From: an uncultured Gammaproteobacteria bacterium
GTDB taxonomy: Bacteria > Pseudomonadota > Gammaproteobacteria > CAWCPV01
Assembly: GCA_963797555.1 (NCBI GenBank)
Contig: CAWCPV010000004.1
Coordinates: forward strand, 128,001-192,000
Reading direction: 5' to 3'
DNA: 64,000 bases
The position numbers and the translations under genes are program-made. This document shows, piece by piece, positions 56,612-64,000 of the stretch. The notes under the pieces are model-generated. The model was not told the DNA's origin. It was given only the letters and a program-made list of their open reading frames with translations, and did not search any database. Each line of letters begins with the position of its first letter. The stretch's first letter is position 1.

Positions 56612-56810
56612 CGCGGCCGGCAGGGGCGCTGGACTCCCGGCGCGTCGGTGAGGTCCGATCGTGGGGCGTCGGCCGTGAGCTGCGGCCCCTCCCTCCTCGA
56701 TATATAGCCGAGGCGCGCCTTCCCCCGATGACCGCTCGCGACTAGGCAAGCGTGGTTCGTGACCGGTGGCCGGTGACGGCCCACCGTTGACGGATCACGC
56801 ATCACGAGCG

Positions 56811-57669
56811 ATGGAAGCCCACCCCGCGTTGCTGATCGCCGTCACGAGCGTGTTCGGCCTGATGGTCGGCAGCTTCCTGAACGTGGTCATCCATCGGCTT
56901 CCCATCATGTTGGACCGCGAGTGGCGCGCCCATTGCGCTGAGCTGCTGGGCAGCGAGGGTGCGGCTCCGCCCGGCGAGCCCTTCAACCTGGTGGTCCCGC
57001 GTTCGCGCTGCCCGAGTTGCGGGCATGCCATTGCCCCTTGGGAGAATATTCCCCTTCTCAGCTATGTGCTGCTGCGGGGCCGGTGCTCCGCGTGCCGCGC
57101 CGCCATCAGTGCGCGCTATCCCCTGGTGGAGGCGCTGACCGCCGTTCTGTCCGCCGTGGCGGTGTGGCGCTTCGGACCGCAATGGCAGGGACTGCTGGCG
57201 CTGCTCCTTACCTGGGCATCTGATCGCGCTGACCTTCATCGATCTGGAGCATCAGCTCCTGCCGGACGCCATCACCCAACCGTTCCTGTGGCTGGGTCTC
57301 GCTGTCAGCTTGTTCGGGGTTTTCGCGGGTACCCGTGCCGCAGTCGTGGGGGCGCTCGCCGGTTACCTCAGTCTGTGGGCGGTCTACCAGTTATTTCGGC
57401 TGGTGACCGGGAAGGAGGGGATGGGCTACGGGGACTTCAAGCTGTTGGCGCTGCTCGGGGCGTGGCTCGGCTGGCAGGGGCTGCCGCTGATCGTGCTGTT
57501 GTCTTCCCTCAGCGGAGCCTCCCTGGGGCTCGTCCTGATTCTCCTGGGTGTCCAGGACCGCAGCACCCCGGTGCCGTTCGGCCCTCATCTGGCGGCAGCC
57601 GGCTGGCTGGTTCTGCTCTGGGGGCGGGAACTCATCGACTGGTACCTGAGGCTGTGGGGTCCGAGCTAG
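56811..57669 (+). pseudogene. pilD: Prepilin peptidase PilD, frameshift at ~57217
   Basis: GSFLNVVIHRLP and two CxxC motifs in the first frame; IDLEHQLLPD and GMGYGDFKL in the second. Confidence 0.9.
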
Positions 57670-57685
57670 CGGCGGGTCGCTGTCG

Positions 57686-58288
57686 ATGCTGGTCATCGGT
57701 TTGACGGGAGGCATCGGAAGCGGCAAGACGACGGTGGCCCAGCGGTTCTCCGCGCACGGTGTGCCCGTTCTGGATGCCGACCGGATGGCGCACGAGCTGG
57801 TCCGCCCCGGGACTCCAGCGCTCGCCGGCATCGCGGAGGCCTTCGGGCCGGACCTCTTGGATGCGGAGGGTGCCTTGGACCGAGCCCGGCTCCGCCGCAT
57901 CGTGCTCCAGGATGCCGAACGTCGGAGGTGCCTGGAGGCGCTGCTGCATCCCCTGGTGCGCGCGGCGTTGGAGCAGCGCCTGGAGGCGCTCGACGCACCC
58001 TACTGTATTCTTTCGGTCCCGCTCCTGGTGGAAAGTCGCATGACGGATCTCGTCGATCGTGTCCTGGTGGTCGACCTTCCGGAGGGTTTACAATACCGCC
58101 GTGCCCTTGCCAGGGGCGGGCTGTCGGCGACCGAGGTCGAATCCATTATGGCGGCCCAGGCGGGGAGGGGGCGGCGGCTGGCGGCGGCGCACGATGTCAT
58201 AGCCAACGACGCCGACTACGACAAGCTTTATCGGCAGGTGGACGAGCTGCACCGGAATTACAGCCTGCTCGCCGAGCAACATGCCTGA
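57686..58288 (+). CDS. coaE: Dephospho-CoA kinase
   Basis: IGLTGGIGSGKT, LDRARL, LHPLV. Confidence 0.95.
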   Translation: MLVIGLTGGIGSGKTTVAQRFSAHGVPVLDADRMAHELVRPGTPALAGIAEAFGPDLLDAEGALDRARLRRIVLQDAERRRCLEALLHPLVRAALEQRLEALDAPYCILSVPLLVESRMTDLVDRVLVVDLPEGLQYRRALARGGLSATEVESIMAAQAGRGRRLAAAHDVIANDADYDKLYRQVDELHRNYSLLAEQHA

Positions 58289-58306
58289 CCATTGCTGGAC
58301 TAGCCC

Positions 58307-59122
58307 ATGTCCGTCACTCAAGTCGCTTCGCGGGGTTCCGCAACGAGAGCCGACCCGCAGCAGACGGTGCTCTACGAGCAGCCCCTAAAAGAGCGCATGC
58401 GCGTCTTCCTGAGGCTCGAGTTCCTCTTCCATCAGGTGCGCCACAGCCTCAACGGCGCTTCGGTGTGGGACAGCCGCGCTGCGGTCACGAGCCTGCTGGA
58501 CATTCACAGCTTCTTCGTGCGCATGGACATGAAGGGCGAGGTGCTGAAGGAGCTGGAACGGCACACCAGCAGCCTGATACGGCTGGAGCGCACTCCGGGG
58601 GTCGACACCGATCGCCTCGGCGAGGTCCTGAACCACCTCGGCTACATGATGGATGACCTGCACCGGCTCGACGGCCAGCTCGGCTCGTCGGTGCGGGACA
58701 GCGAGATGCTGAGCAGCGTCGGCAAGAGGAGCTGCATCTCTGGAGGGACTTGCAGCTTCGATCTGCCCCTGTATCACCACTGGTTGCAGCGGCCTCCTGA
58801 GGTGCGCGTGCAGCAGCTCAACGAGTGGATGGCCGAATACGAGCCGGTCCAGCGCGCGCTCGCCCTGATGCTCGGCCTGACTCGGGAGAGCGCAGTGGCC
58901 GAACCGGAGGTCGCCAGGCAAGGCTTCTTTCAACGCAACCTGGACCCGAGCATCCCGTGGCAACTGGTGCGGGTCGCGGTGCCGGCCGGCGTGTCCTCCT
59001 TTCCGGAGATCAGCGCGGGAAAGCACCGCTTCACGGTGCGCTTCATGCAGCCGATGGGTACGGGCCGCCCGGTCCAGACCGACGACAACGTCGAGTTCAG
59101 TCTCGCCTGCTGCGTCATCTAA
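58307..59122 (+). CDS. zapD: Cell division protein ZapD
   Basis: YEQPLKERMRVFLRLE, GGTCSFDLP, FPEISAGKHRF. Confidence 0.93.
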   Translation: MSVTQVASRGSATRADPQQTVLYEQPLKERMRVFLRLEFLFHQVRHSLNGASVWDSRAAVTSLLDIHSFFVRMDMKGEVLKELERHTSSLIRLERTPGVDTDRLGEVLNHLGYMMDDLHRLDGQLGSSVRDSEMLSSVGKRSCISGGTCSFDLPLYHHWLQRPPEVRVQQLNEWMAEYEPVQRALALMLGLTRESAVAEPEVARQGFFQRNLDPSIPWQLVRVAVPAGVSSFPEISAGKHRFTVRFMQPMGTGRPVQTDDNVEFSLACCVI

Positions 59123-59139
59123 GAGCGCGGGCCTGAAAC

Positions 59140-59175
59140 GCTGGTGAATAGATTTGCTGCGCGTCCCGATAGCGG
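59140..59175 (+). repeat. Partial (left-end) copy of the MITE-like element
   Basis: GTGAATAGATTTGCTGCGCGTCCCGATAGC versus GTGAATAAATCTGCTGCGCGTCCCGATAGC at 53237. Confidence 0.7.
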
Positions 59176-59329
59176 TGTTTGGGGCGCGTTGCCGTGTCCC
59201 GGTGGTCGCAGCGCCGGCAGGGCTACTGCAGAAGGTATCGAGTCTCTGCAGCCGAAAGGGCACCCGGCGCGGCGCGGGGTCTTTCCAATGCCGGGACCCG
59301 AGAACCGCCCAGACCTCCGAGGGGCGGCT

Positions 59330-60230
59330 AGATCAGGCGCCTTACAGCCGTTCCCAGAGGCCGGTGAACCGCTCTGCGACGGCGGCTGGACGCTGCAGCG
59401 TCCGGAATCCCTTCCACTTCTTCGGGTTCAATGACCGCTGCGAGCTGCAGCGTAGAGAAGGCCGGCGTCTGTCTCCCTCCCGCCGTAAGAGTGCAGCGCT
59501 GGACGCCCTCCCGCCCCTCGACGCGTATCTCGTCTCCGGCACAGTAGGTCAGCACACTGGGCACCAGGACCCGCGCGTGCCTATGGAGGTGTTGTCTAGG
59601 GAGCACGAGGCCGCCTACCGAGCTGTGCGCCCCAACGTCTGTGCGGGCTGGCCTGACAAGCACCGGCCTGGACTGGGGGTCAACCACTCCACCCTGGCCT
59701 CCAGCGGCTCGCTCTTCTCTTGCTTCAGCCACCGCACGACTCCGAGCATATGGCTCTGGCGCTGGTGCGGATCTCTCTGCTGCTGACCAACACTAACGCA
59801 CCCACCTTCACGTTGCCGGTGTCGTCCAGCCGCCACTGCACACGACAGCCGCCCAGACTGTGATCGATAGCCACGCAGTTGTGCGTGCGGGGTGAGCCTA
59901 GAGGGATCCATTCCTCCGGCTGCTTAGCCGGGTCGCCCGACGTTTCCCTGAGGTATTTTTCCGCCTCCGCCTTGAGATAGCGATGTATGGCATTGAGTCC
60001 GTCGATGACCTCCACAGACACCGGTCTGTCCGCCCGGTCTGCCTGTCGCCCGGGCCGCGCGTCCCAGCTCTGGATCAGGTAGGTGACCACGGCGTTAGAG
60101 GATAACGGCAAGGGTTCCAAGCCGTGCCGTTGCGCCGGTTCGTATGGCGGCTGGGCGGGCGTGGTCGCGACCGCCGTCCCCGGCCACGGCAATCCATGCT
60201 GGAACGACCGTCAGTCGTCGATTTGTGTCA
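59330..60230 (-). pseudogene. Decayed gene with C-terminal PilZ-like domain (FimW-like?)
   Basis: Fragments GLNAIHRYL, IDHSLGGCRVQW (DxSxGG), KVG, LGVVRWLKQ spread over shifting frames. Confidence 0.45.
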
Positions 60231-60240
60231 AGGGTACGAC

Positions 60241-60666
60241 TTATACCAGCTTGATGAGCGCCACGATGAAACCGGCCTGAAGGAACAACAGACCCACCAG
60301 CCACTTCAGGAGGTCGGCCTTGATCTCGGCCATGTCGCGGCGCAGGGTGATTTCTGACTCCTTGATTTCGTGGCGCAGTCTGGTCTCGATCTCGTTCATG
60401 TCGTGGCGCAGGCCGGTCTCAAGCTCCTTCATGTCACGGCGCAGGCTGGTCTCGAGCTCCTTGATGTCGCGCTTCAGGCTGGTCTCGAGCTCCTTGATGT
60501 CGCGCTTCAGGCTGGTCTCCCGCTCCGCCATCTCTCCCTTGGTGGCGAGCTGTTTGTCCACCACCTCAGCCAGAGCGCGCGCTTGGGCCTCGGCTTGGCT
60601 CTCCGAAAACCCGGCCTGCTTGAGCTTGTTTGCGTATTCCAACGTATCGAGAACGATGGCACTCAT
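60241..60666 (-). CDS. DUF1640/CCDC90-like coiled-coil membrane-anchored protein
   Basis: DTLEYANKLKQAGFSESQAEA head, LATKGE neck, repeat stalk, LLKWLVGLLFLQ transmembrane anchor; TATAAT on the minus strand at 60699-60704. Confidence 0.85.
   Translation of the reverse strand: MSAIVLDTLEYANKLKQAGFSESQAEAQARALAEVVDKQLATKGEMAERETSLKRDIKELETSLKRDIKELETSLRRDMKELETGLRHDMNEIETRLRHEIKESEITLRRDMAEIKADLLKWLVGLLFLQAGFIVALIKLV
60322..60519 (-). repeat. Six 33-bp tandem repeats encoding 11-aa (hendecad) units
   Basis: ETSLKRDIKEL x2, ETSLRRDMKEL, ETGLRHDMNEI, ETRLRHEIKES, EITLRRDMAEI. Confidence 0.9.
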
Positions 60667-61315
60667 GGCGCACACCTATGGCCGCACCCGCTGAGTCGAT
60701 TATACACAGCAAGCGGCAATACCGGCGCCTGTCCTGCCATACATTCCATCCAGCGCAGCGACAAATACATGGCATGGCCGCCGGCCGGGACCGGCACACT
60801 CTCCGATCTCGCTGCGCACATAGGCTGCCAGGTCCAGGACCGCGGCTTGGTGAGCCAAGGCAGGCGCAGGCGCCCATGTACTTGCCGACCGTGTAGCGGG
60901 TTTCTATGCAGGGCCAGGCTCGGTAGGGTCGGCTCGGCCGACCTCAGGCACTCCAAGCCGCCCTTGCGACCTTCAACGCTCCCGCGCCACGTTGACCGCT
61001 CCGTGCCTGGCCGCTAGACTCCCCCAGCCAAGGGCCGCTGCATTCTTGGGTGCAGGGGTGGCCGAACGGTGCCTGCCCGTCGGGGGTACCGGAAGGAGGG
61101 ATCGCGCGTGCAGTCGCGCCGGTTCCCATGCGGGTCGGGGCGTTCCGGTGACTTCCGCCACGAGCCGGATGGGTGGGAGCGGATCTGAATGTGCTCGCCC
61201 GCGGGAAAGGCACATCTTCGATTATTCCGAGTGCGCGTAGTGCACCCAAAGCTAGGCGGTCTGGTTCAACCTCGGGGCGGTCACGTTCCGGGAATGTCCC
61301 AGGGAAGAGGTCGAA

Positions 61316-61523
61316 ATGACCGGACCCCTCATCGTTAAGTGCCCGACCTGCGGCAAGCCGGTAAACTGGACACCGGAGGAGCAGTGGCGCCCGTTCTGCA
61401 GCGAGCGCTGCAAGCTCATCGACCTGGGGCAGTGGGCCGAAGGAGCGGTACCGCGTTCCCGCTGAGGATTTACCGTCGTCCGACGGGGGGCCGGACGGTA
61501 AGGGGGATGCCGATGAACGTTAG
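61316..61523 (+). CDS. yacG: DNA gyrase inhibitor YacG (absent from the ORF track; frameshift at ~61442, as-read stop at 61465)
   Basis: [16 protein letters not shown]...[18 protein letters not shown]; a shifted frame continues ERYRVPAED. Confidence 0.9.
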
Positions 61524-61640
61524 TCCGGTGCAGGGCACCGTTTGTCGGAAGGGCCGCGACAGCGCGGGTTTGCGGTACTAACCTTTCCATTGGCGAATCA
61601 GATTGGGCACGGACTGAGTTCCGAACTGTAGAACAGGGCT

Positions 61641-62180
61641 ATGACTCCGAGGATGGCAAGGGTGCCCGCGGCGATGATCGGCTTCACCCTGATAGAGCTG
61701 ATGGTGACGGTCGTTATCGCCGCGATCCTGCTTACGGTGGCGGTCCCCACATTCCGCGACGTGATCCAGAATAACCGTCTGGCGACCCAGGCCAACGACT
61801 TGGTGACCGCCTTCAATCTGGCGCGCAGCGAGGCCATCACGCGCGCGATACCGGTCAGCGTCTGCAAGAGCACGGACGGGCTTGCCTGCACGGCGTCAGG
61901 GCGCTGGGACCAAGGTTGGATCGTGTTCGTAGATCCGAACAGCAGCCGCACGGTCGATGCCGGGGACGCGATCCTGCGAGTACATGGTGCCTTGCCCACA
62001 GGCTTTACGGCGAGTGGTCCGACCAACTCCCCCCAAAACCAGGGGGTCACGTACAACGCATCCGGTGCAACCCCGGGCTTTAACCAAACCATAACGCTGT
62101 GTGATCCCGAGGGAGACCTCCGGCGCGCCCGCGGGGTCATAGTCTCGGTCGGTGGGTCGCGTGAGGATGGCGGTGGATAG
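61641..62180 (+). CDS. fimT: FimT/FimU (GspH family) minor pilin; possible frameshift in the last codons
   Basis: G|FTLIELMVTV class III signal, LARSEAITR, WDQGWIVFVD. Confidence 0.85.
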   Translation: MTPRMARVPAAMIGFTLIELMVTVVIAAILLTVAVPTFRDVIQNNRLATQANDLVTAFNLARSEAITRAIPVSVCKSTDGLACTASGRWDQGWIVFVDPNSSRTVDAGDAILRVHGALPTGFTASGPTNSPQNQGVTYNASGATPGFNQTITLCDPEGDLRRARGVIVSVGGSREDGGG

Positions 62181-62222
62181 CAACGGCGATGGCGTCAGGG
62201 ACGTTAGTGGAACCAACCTAAC

Positions 62223-62734
62223 ATGCCCATAACGAAACACATCGGCTCCGCCGACCGCAACGTGAACGGCTTCAGCTTGCTCGAGGTCTTGATTGCTTTG
62301 CTGGTTTTGTCTATCGGCCTCCTGGGTCTCGCCGGGCTGCAGGGGACGGGGCTTCGTTACAACCACAGCGCCTACCTCAGGAGTCAGGCCACTTTTCAAA
62401 CCTACGACATGGCTGACCGCATGCGCGCCAACTTGAGGGGTGTGCAGCAAGGCGACTACAACAATGTTTCTGGGATCCCCACTGATCCGGGATGTACCAC
62501 GAACATGCACCCCCGCTAACATGGCCTTGCACGATGTCGAGTGAGTGGAACACCCAGAATGCGGCCTTGCTGCCTTCCGGGCAAGGCACGGTGACGGGTG
62601 CCGGCGCCGGGTCCGTGTTCACCGTCACGGTCATGTGGGATGACACCCGCTCGGGCAAGACGGGCACGGGCTGCGACCCCAACAACACGGACGACCTGAA
62701 ATGTTTCCGCATCACCTTCCGGCCATTGCCGTGA
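62223..62734 (+). pseudogene. pilV: Minor pilin PilV, frameshifted at ~62505
   Basis: G|FSLLEVLIALLVLSIGLLGLAGLQ, MADRMRAN; the tail LLPSGQGTV...VTVMWDD lies in another frame. Confidence 0.85.
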
Positions 62735-62787
62735 CCGCCGACGAACTTGAGAGCGTGATGTCACCTGCGTGCTGGGCAGAGCGGCGG

Positions 62788-63828
62788 ATGAAGAGCGTGG
62801 TGCGGCTCGCTCCGCTCGCTCAACGCGGCCTGACGCTCGTGGAGCTTATGGTGGCACTGGCTCTGAGCCTGTTGCTCTTGGCCGGAACGATCCAGATCTT
62901 CATCAGCAGCAAGCAGAGCTACCGTGTCCAGGATGCCCTGTCGCGGCTTCAGGAGAACAGCCGGGCTGCGGTGGACCTCCTGTCTCGAGACATCCGCGCG
63001 GCGGCGTTACCGCGGCTGCCTGAGCATCGACCCCAAGGTCACGAACGTACTGCCCAGCCACACGACCGACTACGCGCAGAATTTCGACAACCCTGTCGAA
63101 GGGTACGAGGCTATCAGCGCTACAGCCTGGAACCGGACGCCCGATTCGAGTATCGTTTCTCCCTTGCCGGGGAACGACATTCTGACCGTGCGCGGGAATC
63201 TCGGGCCTCCGCTCGCTGTCACTGCGCAGATGGCAAGCGGAACCGACCGCATCCAGACCGCAGGAGGTCAGCCCGGCGCCGCTCGCGGCCGGCGACATCG
63301 CTTTAATCAGCGACTGCCGGGCGGCAGTGATCTTTCCGGTAACAGGCTACAGCGCGGGAACCGTTTCTCACAACACGACGGATCTCGGTCGCACCGTTCG
63401 ACGTGGGTTCGGACATCGTGCGCATGGGGACCACCAGCTATTACCTGCATGACAGATCGGCCGGAACGGGCCCGGCCCTGTGGCGCAAAGTGGGAGCGGA
63501 TCCCGCACAGGAACTGATCGAGGGCGTGGAGGGCTTTCAGGTCCGGTACGGCGTGGATTCCGACCATGACACGTATCAGTCGGCGGATCGCTACGTAGCC
63601 GCGGATAAGTTTCCGGCAACGGTCCCGTCCGGCAGCGACTGCGTCTCCAGCAATAGCTGGTAGGATGTGGTGAGCGTACGGGTGAGCCTGCTCCTCCGGA
63701 CGCTGGAAGATAATCTTGCGCTCTCGCCGCAGCCTTACATCTTCAATGGGACAACCACGACGCCGACGGACCACCGGCTGCGTCGCGTGGTCACGACGAC
63801 CGTAAACTTGCGCAACGCGGTCCAATAG
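62788..63828 (+). pseudogene. pilW: Minor pilin PilW, several frameshifts and an in-frame TAG at 63661
   Basis: G|LTLVELMVAL, LQENSR, ELIEGVEGFQVRYGVD, VVSVRVSLL, TVNLRN. Confidence 0.85.
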
Positions 63829-63840
63829 GGAAACGCAGCC

Positions 63841-64000
63841 ATGCGCAACACCAGGTTCATTGAACAGATTCCCGCCGCTCAGCGCGGGGCCGTGCTGATC
63901 GTGAGTCTCATCATTCTCCTGCTGATGACCATCATCGGCGTCACGGCGATGACCACGAATACCCAGGAAGAGAAGATGGCCGGAAATGCTCGCAACCGCG
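63841..64000 (+). CDS. pilX: Minor pilin PilX (5' part, runs off the window)
   Basis: QRGAVLIVSLIILLLMTIIG...EKMAGN. Confidence 0.85.
   Translation, partial: MRNTRFIEQIPAAQRGAVLIVSLIILLLMTIIGVTAMTTNTQEEKMAGNARNR

Noticed and set aside
60322-60519. 33-bp tandem repeats as a possible CRISPR array
   Set aside because: The repeats are contiguous with no unique spacers, lie in frame in a coiled-coil protein, and no cas genes are present.
63661-63663. In-frame TAG in pilW as stop-codon readthrough or pyrrolysine
   Set aside because: The same gene has several frameshifts and TAG is used as a normal stop elsewhere in the window; mutation or base-call error is simpler.

Overview
GC-rich gammaproteobacterial chromosome segment with two very different halves. 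Positions 1-22.9 kb are a dense mobile-element graveyard ending at a tRNA-Asn(GTT). It opens with an unclassified, TIR-less transposase-like element carrying a highly structured 154-nt leader. Next comes an 11.4-kb nest of eight insertion sequences (IS5 x2, IS630, IS1380, IS1634, ISL3 x2 and an unclassified DDE element), whose inverted repeats and target-site duplications can all be read. Then follow typA, a sensor-like gene, two more ISL3 copies, an H-NS gene, a scrambled IS1634 remnant and a decayed group II intron reverse transcriptase. Positions 23-64 kb are conserved backbone: rimP-nusA-infB-rbfA-truB-rpsO-pnp-yajQ-dsbC, a group 3b [NiFe] sulfhydrogenase-type operon, hflD-mnmA-nudJ-rluE, icd-clpS-clpA, purN-purM, hda, wrbA, arsC, yihY, pilBCD-coaE-zapD-yacG and minor pilins fimT-pilVWX. 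This half also holds a 3-copy MITE-like repeat and a 2.2-kb insert between zapD and yacG (a decayed PilZ-like gene split by a DUF1640 hendecad-repeat gene). Several non-essential genes are frameshifted while long essential genes are intact. This could be real decay or read error and cannot be resolved from the sequence alone. All family assignments are by motif recognition, not database search.
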